Shown piece by piece: positions 48,731 to 58,192 of a stretch of DNA of 64,000 bases. Location of the stretch: the NCBI GenBank assembly GCA_963714145.1, contig OY970235.1, positions 9,946,137-10,010,136 of the forward strand, written 5' to 3'. Within the stretch, counting starts at the first letter, position 1, and every line of letters begins with the position of its first letter. A program made the translations under genes and the position numbers. The notes below the pieces were generated by a model. The model did not search any database, was not told where the DNA came from, and saw only the letters and a list, made by a program, of their open reading frames with translations. This DNA is from an uncultured Actinomycetota bacterium. GTDB taxonomy: Bacteria; Actinomycetota; Actinomycetes; Mycobacteriales; CADCTP01.

Positions 48731-48885
48731 CTAGGGGTGTCTGCTAAAGATCTGGGTTCGGGTGGGTGATCGTGGGGGTTCCGGGGCGGGGCGCCGTGGC
48801 GTGACGTCCCGGCCGGGTTCGGGTCGTGTAGGTCGTTGTGGAAGCGGCATCGGCTGTGGTCCACCGAGGGGACGTACGAGAAGGC
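48731..48885 (+). mobile_element. IS5-family remnant: putative left end and N-terminal transposase fragment
   Basis: ctaggggtgtctg end-like sequence; one frame reads WGFRGGAPWRDVPAGFGSCRSLWKRHRLWSTEGTYEK (DUF4096-type). Confidence 0.7.
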
Positions 48886-49290
48886 TGGAAGACACCGGCC
48901 GAAGCACTCAACGAACAGCCACTCTCACTCCACAAGCCGGTGTTGCGTCCACCGGTTGAATCCGGTCAGTACATGTCCCAAGAGTTCGCCGACCCCACCG
49001 CCACACTCGGCATACGGCGTTCCGGCACCGGCGTGCCGGACAACGCACAAGCCGAGTCCTTCAACGCCGCCGTAAAAGTCGAACGAGTCAACCCGCACCG
49101 CCTACCCGACCCGCGAACACGCCCGGAAGACCGCACCCGGTACATCGAGTTTCGTTTCAATACCCGCAGGTTCCACTCCGTACTCGACTACCGCACCCCA
49201 CGCAAGCCGACAACGACTACCAGAACACCAACCGGGCAGCATGAACTAACCACAAATCAACTGTCCGGAAGATGCGAGGCAGACCACGGG
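48886..49290 (+). mobile_element. Nested IS30 3' end followed by an IS3-family integrase C-terminal remnant and right end
   Basis: GWKTPAEAL...GVASTG* resembles IS30 tails; GQYMS..FA...DNAQAESFNAAVKVE...YIEFRFNTRRFHSVLDYRTP is rve_3-like; ends ...ggcagacCA at about 49286. Confidence 0.7.
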
Positions 49291-49634
49291 TCAAGCGTTC
49301 ACCCATGCCACACTGCACGTCAGTGGCACTCACACCCTCACCATCTCCACGACCCCCAGCAAGACCCCGGGCGTGGAATCCGGCGCACTCAGCCCGACCA
49401 CCACCACGCCCCAGAACCGAAATCACGCTCCATACACCACCAAAAGATCACCACAGGCTCACCAAACCCGCCGAACAGCTTCGGCTCCCTGGCATTGGCA
49501 TCACACCAGCCTTCTCTTTCGGTGGCGTATCCGGGCCGTGGACGGGTCGAGTGCGGCGAGGATATGCTCGCGAATAGGTCTACCGCGCCGGGGGGTGGCG
49601 ATGCCTTCCGACGCTATTGTCGGAGGTGAGGTCG

Positions 49635-52600
49635 ATGGCGGACGTTCGTTCCGTGAGCGTCCTGGACGGGCGCGAGATCCCATCTCGTTGTCTCGTTGGT
49701 GAGTTCGAACTATTGCTCGCCGAGCTCACCGCCGGCAGGTTCGACGAACGCGACGGCGTGTTCCGTGAGGTGGCGGGAACGGCGTGGTTGCAGCTGCCGA
49801 GCGCACGGCCACCGATCTTCGGCCCGGTGCTCGAGCACACGGACCTCCTGCGGTTGACGCACGCCGTCCAGGTCGTCGACGAGGTCCTCTACCCACAGAC
49901 CGAGGTGAGCCTCACCTACGCGCAGCGCGTCCAGCCCGGCGCGAAGGTGGGTGACACGGTGTCGCTCGGCATCGATGTCGACCGGGCGGACCTGGGCGAC
50001 ATCATCGCGCTCGGCCGAGGCGTGCCGGACTGGTTGGGCGCCGGGCCTCGCAGCGCCGGCTTCGTCGTCGAGTTCAGCGACGTCACGATCGACGTCACCA
50101 ACGGCCGGCTGGGGCTGTCCCGCATCATCGAGGGCGACGTGACCTACCCGGTCGCCGAACCGTTCCGGAGCCCCATCGAGATCACCATCGACGGGTTCAC
50201 GCTGATCATCTCGTCGCTCCAGCTATCGCACACGCGATCGACGGCCGTGGCGTCCGCGCGGCTGCCCGGGGGGCTCACAGACGTGAACTCGTGCCGGCCG
50301 GCCTCCATCGCCCTCGGTGTGATCTCGATGTCGCCGCGCTGCGAGTTCTACGTCGAAGCACCCGCCCAGGACTATGGCCCCTGGTTGCTCGCCGACACGG
50401 GGCTGCTCATCGAGGGCACCGGCTTCGTGCTCGACCTGAGCTCCGCCGCGAGCCCCGCACCGTGGCCGCCGGACTGGCAGGGTCTGTGGCTCGGCGCGGG
50501 CACCGCGACCGGCGAGACCACCGTGCCGGACCCGTGCAACACCGGCTACCTGCGCGGCCACTACACCTACGACCACGCCATCGTCGTCAGCTCGGGGTTC
50601 TTTGGCAGCATCAACCTGGCGCGCCCCGTCTCGTTCAACGCCCTCAACCCGTTCGGGCAGTCCTTCACGTTCAACGACGGGGCCATGGACATCTGGTACA
50701 GCAAGATCGTCCGCGGGGAGATGAAGGACGGGTGGACCGGCCTGCCGTCCGATGCGGTGTGCGAGCGCACCCCCGGGATCCGCGTGCGTACGCCGATCGC
50801 CGTCGTCTCCATCCAGCCCGACCTCGATCTCGCGGGCGCGCTCGACCACGGCGACCGCGAGATCAGCTGGGGCGAACTCACCCGCCACGGGGACGAGGTG
50901 GTGGCGTGGACCTGCACCTGCGGCGACGGCTACCTCTATCTCCCCGCGGGACCGTGTGCGTCGTACTCGCCCGTCGCCGGCGGGACGTTCTCGGGCCCGA
51001 CCATCGACTCCGTCGTGGAGGCCAGCCTTGCCGAGCTCGAGAACCATCAGGTCGCCGGCGTCTCGTTCCCCGTGGCCTCGACCGGGCTGGTGTTCTCCCC
51101 GGACCGACCGGGCGGGAGAGGCAACCCCATCAGGCTCGCCCGACTGCAGGGGTGGATCCGCATCGGCATCACCGGGGTCGACGGCGCCCTGTCGACCCGT
51201 CTGCAGTCCCGATCGGAGGAGCTGGGTGATCCGCGGAGCACCGGCTACGAGGGCAACGTCCCGTTCGTCTCGAGGCTGTTCGTGAACGACAACGAGAAGC
51301 ACCTGCTGGCCGAGTTCGTCACCAGTGCGAGCTTCGACTCCAACGTCGCCGGACGTTGCGAGATACCCACGCCATGCAACATTCCGCAGCTCGACTTCGC
51401 CCAGATGAAGCTCACCTCCACTGCCTGCCTCGTCGGCGGCGACCTGTCGCTACCCAGCACCGGTCTGCCGCTCGGGTACTGGGACCTGCAGCTGGTGCCC
51501 ACCGGCGTACCCGGCCAGTCCGGGGTCCTGAGCGTCCGCACCGGACGCGTGCTCCTCACGGCGGCCGGCCTCGCCGAACCAGCTCACTTCGCCAAGCCGT
51601 TCGGGCTCACCTGGGGTGAGCTGCTCGCAGACGGCAACCTCGGTGAGCTCTACATCGACTTCAACAACTGGGGCCAGCGGTTCGACGGCCTGACGTTCAA
51701 CCCGCACGAGCTGACACTCTCGGACTACGACCCGCAGGTCGCCGACCCCTACCTGGGGGTGTCGGGGCCGATCTGCTTCCCCTTCTTCGGGCTGCACGAC
51801 GTCAACATCCGCGACGCCACGGACCTGACCACCAGCGTTCCGCACCCGCGGACAGTCACCGTCCCGAAGACGCCGATCACACCGCACGCACCGGTCACCC
51901 GGCTCGCCCTCTCCCGTACGTGGCACGACGTCAACTCCGATGACCTGGCCGTCTTCGCCTGCCTCGAGGCAGACGTGGACTACAACGTCGCAGGGCAGAA
52001 CGGCTTCCTCGGCACGGGGGACGGCGAGCTCGGGTTCCTACACTCGGACCCGCTCACCATCCAGGTCGAGATCCACGGCAACGCCACCGACATCCGCTTC
52101 ACCTCGACCGACACCCACGACCTCGACCTGGGGCTGTACGCGAGGCTCGGCGGCTTGGGCCAGATCGCCGGCAACGCCCGCATCGAAGGGCCCACCCTCG
52201 CCCGTATCACCCTGTACGGGACGCTCGAGCAGAGTGCGGTCGCCGGGTCGATCTTCGGTCCGAAGGCGGGTTTCGAGACCGAGGTCAACATCTCGGTCAC
52301 TCCGACCATGTTGGACTTCTACGCGTCTGGCGACATGCTCCTGTCTGTCGCGCTCGTGGATCTCGAGGCCTCGGCGACCGCACACCTGCTGTTCGACTTC
52401 GCCATGGGTTCGGCCGAGGGCGAGCTCTACGGACGCGTCGACTGCGACGCCGCCGTGGCCGGCCTGTCCGGCGAGGGCCAGCTGACCTGGCACTCCAGCT
52501 CGGCGATGCAGTACCTGCAGGGCCGGCTGAAGGTCGGCGTGATATCGATGATCGTCAGTGGGGGCCTCGAGGGCGGCTTCTTCATCGGAAGCAACGTGCC

Positions 52601-53045
52601 GAAGGCACTCGCCTGGGTCCTCGACCCCACGGGAACTCACTTCGGGATGTCGAGGAGCATCCTTCCCGCGAAGCTGACCGGCGTCTTCGGATACGGCCAG
52701 GCCTCGATCGGCGTGAACGACTACCTTTTCGGCGGCGGGGTCGACATCTACGCCGGCGCCGGGGCGTTCAGTGCACCGATCGCCCCGGGCGGTCCGCTTG
52801 CCCCCTTCGCCGGTAACCCGCTGCTCCCGTACGTCGTCGGGGCCTGCGGCATCTACGTACACGGCGAGATCCTGGGCGGACTGGTCAGCGCCTCGGCGTG
52901 GGCCAACCTCAGCCTGCGAGGGCCGGTCCCGACGTACTTCGAAGGCACCTTCGGGCTGCGGGGGTGCGTGATGTGGGCACTCTGCGCGTCGGTGAGCGTG
53001 ACCGCCGGCATCAACAGCTCCGGGCTCTACCTGGTGCGGCAATAG
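49635..53045 (+). CDS. Large hypothetical beta-rich protein (about 1136 aa), no signal peptide
   Basis: GGAGGTG RBS and ATG 49635; long Gly/aromatic alternating strands; C-terminal GCVMWALCASV. Confidence 0.8.
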   Translation: MADVRSVSVLDGREIPSRCLVGEFELLLAELTAGRFDERDGVFREVAGTAWLQLPSARPPIFGPVLEHTDLLRLTHAVQVVDEVLYPQTEVSLTYAQRVQPGAKVGDTVSLGIDVDRADLGDIIALGRGVPDWLGAGPRSAGFVVEFSDVTIDVTNGRLGLSRIIEGDVTYPVAEPFRSPIEITIDGFTLIISSLQLSHTRSTAVASARLPGGLTDVNSCRPASIALGVISMSPRCEFYVEAPAQDYGPWLLADTGLLIEGTGFVLDLSSAASPAPWPPDWQGLWLGAGTATGETTVPDPCNTGYLRGHYTYDHAIVVSSGFFGSINLARPVSFNALNPFGQSFTFNDGAMDIWYSKIVRGEMKDGWTGLPSDAVCERTPGIRVRTPIAVVSIQPDLDLAGALDHGDREISWGELTRHGDEVVAWTCTCGDGYLYLPAGPCASYSPVAGGTFSGPTIDSVVEASLAELENHQVAGVSFPVASTGLVFSPDRPGGRGNPIRLARLQGWIRIGITGVDGALSTRLQSRSEELGDPRSTGYEGNVPFVSRLFVNDNEKHLLAEFVTSASFDSNVAGRCEIPTPCNIPQLDFAQMKLTSTACLVGGDLSLPSTGLPLGYWDLQLVPTGVPGQSGVLSVRTGRVLLTAAGLAEPAHFAKPFGLTWGELLADGNLGELYIDFNNWGQRFDGLTFNPHELTLSDYDPQVADPYLGVSGPICFPFFGLHDVNIRDATDLTTSVPHPRTVTVPKTPITPHAPVTRLALSRTWHDVNSDDLAVFACLEADVDYNVAGQNGFLGTGDGELGFLHSDPLTIQVEIHGNATDIRFTSTDTHDLDLGLYARLGGLGQIAGNARIEGPTLARITLYGTLEQSAVAGSIFGPKAGFETEVNISVTPTMLDFYASGDMLLSVALVDLEASATAHLLFDFAMGSAEGELYGRVDCDAAVAGLSGEGQLTWHSSSAMQYLQGRLKVGVISMIVSGGLEGGFFIGSNVPKALAWVLDPTGTHFGMSRSILPAKLTGVFGYGQASIGVNDYLFGGGVDIYAGAGAFSAPIAPGGPLAPFAGNPLLPYVVGACGIYVHGEILGGLVSASAWANLSLRGPVPTYFEGTFGLRGCVMWALCASVSVTAGINSSGLYLVRQ

Positions 53046-53060
53046 CCTGAGAGAGGACGC

Positions 53061-55439
53061 ATGGCAGCCGAAGCGGCACTGCTCCAAGCTACCTCCGCGG
53101 GGGTGGCAAAAGATGGCAGCACCTACGTCGTCCTGCGCTGGGAGGCCGTCGACGAGGTCGTCGGCTACAACCTGTACCGCCGCGTGGAGGGGACGCCGCC
53201 TCGCGAGACCAGGCCAATCAACGGCAGTACGCCGATCACGCCGCCGAGGACGGGCCGCCGCCTGCGCGAGCTGGTCCGGCCAGACTCACCCGAGTGGCAC
53301 GCGCTCGCCCATGGCTTCGGCCTCACGGCGGACCCCCCGAATTCCCTCGAGCCGGCGAACCCCGCGACACACTTCGAGCGTGGTCTGACGGCCGAGGAGC
53401 TGCAGCTCGTCCGCGCCACCGCCCAGGCCAACCTGGCGATGGGCCAAGCGGCGGGGCTGGCCTACACCGACCGGCGAGTGATAACCGACGAGCGCTACCT
53501 CTACGAGCTCCGTGGGGTGCTGGCGGGCGACATCGAACGAGTGCTTGCCGTCGACGTGCCCATCTGGGCCGGGCATTTCGTCCTGCCCGATCCACCATCC
53601 GGCATCACTACCCAGGCCGGCGACCGCCGCGCCCTGGTGCTCTGGAACCGCAACCCCTATGCGGCCACGTTCATCGTCCAGCGCAGCACCAGTCCCGGCG
53701 GCCCTTTCCAGCGCGTCAACCCGAAGCCGGTCGCCTACGACGTGGACGCCGGGCTCGACGGTCAGCCGCTCCCGGCTCCGCAGCCCGGGTTCCTCGACGT
53801 CGGCGCGTGGGACGCCGACGGGCTGCCCACCAGCCATGTGGTCGAGGGAGCCGCTGTCCACGGACCCGACAACGCCATCACCTACTGGTACCAGGTGGCC
53901 TCACGCGACACACTCGACCGGGCCGGGGCGTGGTCGGCAGCGGTCGCCGCAACGCCGGTCCGTTCGGTACCGCCGATGGCGCCCGACGACCTGCAGGTGT
54001 CGCCCACCACATCGGCCGACGGACTCGTCGTCACCTGGCGCAAGGTGACGCGCAACGTCGAGAACCACCACCTTCCCGACGTGTCGCAGACCAACTCCCT
54101 CTACCGGGCCGAGACGCGGGCGGCCCTTGAGAATCTGGCGGCGCTGCCCGGCCACCTCGTGGCCACCCTCACGGCGAACCCGCAGGATCCGACGACGCCC
54201 CTCCTGTCGTGGATCGACCTCGACGTGGCCCTCGTCCCGCCATACGGCACGAAGCCCTACTACTACCGGGTCCGCGTCACCGACCAGTTCGGGAACCTCA
54301 GCGCGCCCTCAGCAGTGATCACCGGAACGGTCCCCGACACCAGGCCGCCAGGCCCGACCGACCTCATCACCGCGAGTGGGTCGGCCGACCACCTCCGCGT
54401 TGAGTGGAAGCCCAACGCGGAGCCCGATCTGGCGGGGTACCAGATCTACCGCGGGGTGTGCGACCGCGGCTTCATCTACGTTCCCGGGATCATCCACGAG
54501 AAGGACAGCGAGGGTCGCGTCACCACAGCGGGCGAGAGCGGCTACCAGTGCGACATGACCCTCGTGGGAGACGTCCCTCTCGGGGCCGCCAACGCGATGT
54601 GGGCCGCTGACGGCAGCATCTGGTTCGACGACTACAGCGTCCCCCAGGGCTCACCGGTCTGCTACGGCTACTGGGTCCGCGCGTACGACCTGGCCGGCAA
54701 CCTGTACGACGGGAACAACGGCTGTCCCCGACCCGGCGAGTACCTTTGCACGCGACTTCGGGAGCGGACACCGCCGCCGGCGCCGGTCATGACCGGTCTA
54801 CGCGCACGGAACAACGGTGTGCTCGTGGAGTGGATGAGCTCACCAGTCCAGGATCTGCGCGCCTTCCACGTCTACCGTTCCGACTCCGAGCTCGACCCGC
54901 CCCGGTTCCTCGCCTGCGTCTTCACGGACGGCGCGGTCAGCTCCAAACCGTGGACGGGACTCATCCCCTCCTGCGGCGACGTGCCCGCCGTCCCCGACCC
55001 GCTCGCGGCGCGGGGTGCCTACCTGGACGACACCGCCCAGCCGCACCACGTCTACTGGTACCGCATCTCGGCGCTCGACTGGCTCGGCAATGAGAGCGAC
55101 GGCTCCACCATCGCCGACATCCCGTCGAGCAGCACGTTCACGTTCACCAGCGACCTGCCGCCGACACCCGCCGTACTCCCGCCCACCCCGCCGACGACCC
55201 CCGACTGTGGGCTCGACATAGCCTGGGGTCCGACGTTCGATCCGGCCGCCCTGCAGGGTTTCGTCGTCTACCGCGCGACTGCGGGCGAGACGTTCCGACA
55301 GGTGTCCGGTGTCCTGGCCGCGAACGCTTTCACCGACCTCATGGCCAGGAGAGGCGTCGACTACCTCTACTGCGTCCAGTCGATCGACCACATCGGCGTG
55401 TTGTCCCCACCCTCGCTCCCGGTCCTGCACTGGTACTGA
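53061..55439 (+). CDS. Fibronectin type III repeat protein (792 aa), no signal peptide
   Basis: Repeated LxW...Y.(I/V)YR...(F/Y)xD......Y.Y.V.A.D..GN.S modules; GAGAGGA RBS. Confidence 0.82.
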   Translation: MAAEAALLQATSAGVAKDGSTYVVLRWEAVDEVVGYNLYRRVEGTPPRETRPINGSTPITPPRTGRRLRELVRPDSPEWHALAHGFGLTADPPNSLEPANPATHFERGLTAEELQLVRATAQANLAMGQAAGLAYTDRRVITDERYLYELRGVLAGDIERVLAVDVPIWAGHFVLPDPPSGITTQAGDRRALVLWNRNPYAATFIVQRSTSPGGPFQRVNPKPVAYDVDAGLDGQPLPAPQPGFLDVGAWDADGLPTSHVVEGAAVHGPDNAITYWYQVASRDTLDRAGAWSAAVAATPVRSVPPMAPDDLQVSPTTSADGLVVTWRKVTRNVENHHLPDVSQTNSLYRAETRAALENLAALPGHLVATLTANPQDPTTPLLSWIDLDVALVPPYGTKPYYYRVRVTDQFGNLSAPSAVITGTVPDTRPPGPTDLITASGSADHLRVEWKPNAEPDLAGYQIYRGVCDRGFIYVPGIIHEKDSEGRVTTAGESGYQCDMTLVGDVPLGAANAMWAADGSIWFDDYSVPQGSPVCYGYWVRAYDLAGNLYDGNNGCPRPGEYLCTRLRERTPPPAPVMTGLRARNNGVLVEWMSSPVQDLRAFHVYRSDSELDPPRFLACVFTDGAVSSKPWTGLIPSCGDVPAVPDPLAARGAYLDDTAQPHHVYWYRISALDWLGNESDGSTIADIPSSSTFTFTSDLPPTPAVLPPTPPTTPDCGLDIAWGPTFDPAALQGFVVYRATAGETFRQVSGVLAANAFTDLMARRGVDYLYCVQSIDHIGVLSPPSLPVLHWY

Positions 55440-55457
55440 CACGACAAGGCGGACTCC

Positions 55458-56981
55458 ATGGGCATCCTCCACGAGTTCAACCCGCGGCGCGACGGATGGT
55501 TCTTCGAGAACTGGGGTGAAGCCGCGGACCTCGACTGGGACCTGTACCGGCGTACCTACCTCGCCATCAACCCGACGAACGACCCGGTCGAGTCGCCGCT
55601 GGACGTCGCGTTCTTCCAGATCTTCAAGAGCTGTGCCGCGAAAGGGAACTGCGGCGGGATGTCGATGCTCGCGCTTGCACTGTTCAAGTACGGCGGCTAC
55701 CTGGGCTACGGCTCACCGGCGAACTTCTACACCGGTACGGGCAACGGCCCGGACCGCGCCGACCTGCATCAGGCAGTCAACATCATGCAGGCCCGGCAGT
55801 TCAGCGCGACGGGCATCCGCAACTTTCTCGACGTCGTCAAGGCCGGACAGCTCAACGACGGCGTCGCGGCGTGGAACCGGATCCGCAGCGGCCTGGCGAG
55901 CGGCGACTACTGCATGCTCTCGCTCTCCAACGGTGTACTCGGCGACCTGGCGCACACGGTCGTCCCGTACCGCGCCGACATGATGGGCGGCTCGCGCGTG
56001 CTCCACGTCTGGGATCCCGTCCGGCCCTACGACGCCTTCCCCCAGCACTATGACGGCAACCACAACAAGATCGTGATCAACGGCCCGACGTCATGGAGCT
56101 ACGACCAGAGTGCGGGCGGCCTCTACATCGGGGGCAACCTTTACGACGGGTCGATGAAGGGGTGGTGCTTCGCGATCCCGACCTCGCTCGAGATCCACAA
56201 GGGCCGACAGCCAATCAGCGCCGGCTTCATCCTCACCGGGCTCACCGCTCTGTTCGTCAGCGGCATCGGCGCCGCGGTCACCCAGATCGAGGACGACCAG
56301 GGTCGCCGGCTCTACTCGAGCGACAGGACGCATCGGAGCCGCGGAGACCTCGAGACCGCATCCGAACGCCGGCTCACCGGGGTCGCGCCGTGGCCGTGGC
56401 CCGGCGGCCTCGGCGGCGGGCTCCCGGGTGAGCTCTTCTTCATCGAACGGCCGCCAGGGAGCCCACCTCTCAAGGTGTCCGTGCGTGGCGATGGATACCA
56501 CCTCGTGCACCTGTCGTCCGGTCATCTCACCGAGCTCACCGCGGAACCCACCGGGTCGGCCGCGAAGGACAGCATTCGCCTGGAGGGCTCGGCCGATGAT
56601 GCCCAGTCTGTCGTCGTGAGCACCCGGGCACCGCGCCGGCAGTTCGACATCCACCACCTGCGACACGACGGCCCTGACGCCTGGCGAAGCGTCAGGGTGC
56701 GCACCGCGCTCGTCACCCAGGATCGGCTCGAGGTTCGCGCGCCCGTCGCCTTCGACCTCGTCGAGATCTCGGGGACCGCCGCGCGACGCAACGTGGACGT
56801 TGAGCTCCGTCGCTACGGCGACGGCAAGCTCGCCACTCGACGCTCACCCGGCCAGCGCGTCCCGGCGGGCCGGGCTCTGCGAATCGCTCCGAGCAACTGG
56901 GACCGCCTCTCCCACGCACGGGTCGAGCAGATTCTGACGGGGGCCAGCAGCGAACTGCAAGGACCCGACCGGCGAGCCTGA
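55458..56981 (+). CDS. Hypothetical protein with a putative papain/transglutaminase-like Cys-His-Asp domain
   Basis: DGWFFEN...GNCGGMS (Cys 55650-52)...AHTVVPY (His 55953-55)...VWDP (Asp 56013-15). Confidence 0.65.
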   Translation: MGILHEFNPRRDGWFFENWGEAADLDWDLYRRTYLAINPTNDPVESPLDVAFFQIFKSCAAKGNCGGMSMLALALFKYGGYLGYGSPANFYTGTGNGPDRADLHQAVNIMQARQFSATGIRNFLDVVKAGQLNDGVAAWNRIRSGLASGDYCMLSLSNGVLGDLAHTVVPYRADMMGGSRVLHVWDPVRPYDAFPQHYDGNHNKIVINGPTSWSYDQSAGGLYIGGNLYDGSMKGWCFAIPTSLEIHKGRQPISAGFILTGLTALFVSGIGAAVTQIEDDQGRRLYSSDRTHRSRGDLETASERRLTGVAPWPWPGGLGGGLPGELFFIERPPGSPPLKVSVRGDGYHLVHLSSGHLTELTAEPTGSAAKDSIRLEGSADDAQSVVVSTRAPRRQFDIHHLRHDGPDAWRSVRVRTALVTQDRLEVRAPVAFDLVEISGTAARRNVDVELRRYGDGKLATRRSPGQRVPAGRALRIAPSNWDRLSHARVEQILTGASSELQGPDRRA

Positions 56982-56983
56982 TG

Positions 56984-57311
56984 ATCATGCGCTGGGGCTG
57001 GTCGCGGGGCGGGTGGACGACCAAGATTCACACCCTGACCGACGCCCACACCTGCCCGGTCACGATGCTGCTGACTCCTGGCCAGAGCGGGACAACGCGC
57101 AACTGGTCCGGCTGCTCGCCGCGGCCGCCCGGCAGTGCACCGGCCGGTTCCGACTGCTGGTCGACAAGGCCTACTCACATCCCTGCACCCGCGAACGGCT
57201 GCGCGCCCGGCGGATCCCGCACACCATCCCCGAGCGTCGCGACCAGATCAAACGCCGCAAGGACAAGGGCTGCGCCGGTGGCCGGCTCCCGGTCGGCCGC
57301 CGGCACCCTGG
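56984..57311 (+). mobile_element. IS5-family transposase C-terminal remnant (frameshifted, truncated)
   Basis: SRGGWTTKIH...LLTPGQ|DN...LLVDKAYSHP..RERLRARRIPHTIPERRDQ..RR..KG..GGR; frame change near 57090. Confidence 0.85.
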
Positions 57312-57322
57312 CCGGTCGGCGG

Positions 57323-58192
57323 CTAATCCGCGTCCACTGTGGATAGCGGGCCGGCACGGCTGGCCCGCCAGCGGCCGAGCGCGCCGTAGCGCGGGGCGAG
57401 CAGCCAGGAGAGGGCGAAGCAGGCGCAGGCAACCAGCACGATGGCGGCACCGGCGGCGACGTTCTGCAGCTGGGAGATGGTCAGCCCGGCAGCGCCGGCG
57501 AACACGCCGAGGCCGACGGCGATGGCGGTCATCCGGCCCAGCCGGTCTGTCCACAGGCGAGCGGTGGCGGCCGGCGCGACGATCAGCGCGACCGAGAGGA
57601 TCGTGCCGACCGCCGGCACTGCGGCGACCACGGTGGCCTCGATCAGCAGCAGCAGCACGACATCCAGCAGGCCGGCCGGGTAGCCGAGCGCGACCAACGC
57701 GCCCCGGTCGAACGCGCCCAGGATCAGCTCCTTGCCGACCGCGACCAGCACCAGCACCACCACGACCAGCACCCCGGCGGTGGCCACGATGTCGGCCCGG
57801 TCGACCGTGAGCACCGAACCGACCAGGTAGCTGGACAGGTCCCGGGTGAAACCGGCCTGGGCCGACAGCAGCGTGACCCCCAACGCGAACCCGGCGGCCA
57901 GCACCACCCCGATCACGCTGGTCTCCTCGGCGCCCGGCCGAGACCACAGCCAGGCCACCGCCAGCACCGCGAGCACGCCGAAGATGCCGGTGCCCAGCAG
58001 CAGGTTCACCCCCAGCAGCGCGGCCAGCACCACGCCGGGGAAGGTGGCGTGCGTCATCGCCTGGGTGAAGAACGCCAGCCGGCGCAGCACCACGTGCACG
58101 CCGACCAGCCCGGCCAGCGCGCCGACCAGCACCGCCTCCAGCAATGCCCGGCGGGAGAAGGCATCCGAGAACAGCGGCGCGGCCACGCTCAT
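57323..58192 (-). CDS. Metal (Zn/Mn) ABC transporter permease
   Basis: VLRRLAFFTQAMTHA.FPG, SYLVGSVL, AVGTILSVALIVAPAATA. Confidence 0.9.
   Translation of the reverse strand: MSVAAPLFSDAFSRRALLEAVLVGALAGLVGVHVVLRRLAFFTQAMTHATFPGVVLAALLGVNLLLGTGIFGVLAVLAVAWLWSRPGAEETSVIGVVLAAGFALGVTLLSAQAGFTRDLSSYLVGSVLTVDRADIVATAGVLVVVVLVLVAVGKELILGAFDRGALVALGYPAGLLDVVLLLLIEATVVAAVPAVGTILSVALIVAPAATARLWTDRLGRMTAIAVGLGVFAGAAGLTISQLQNVAAGAAIVLVACACFALSWLLAPRYGALGRWRASRAGPLSTVDAD

Noticed and set aside
49290-49500. C/A-skewed stretch after the IS3 end as an ncRNA or intron remnant
   Set aside because: No diagnostic structure or coding motif recognised; most likely further IS debris.
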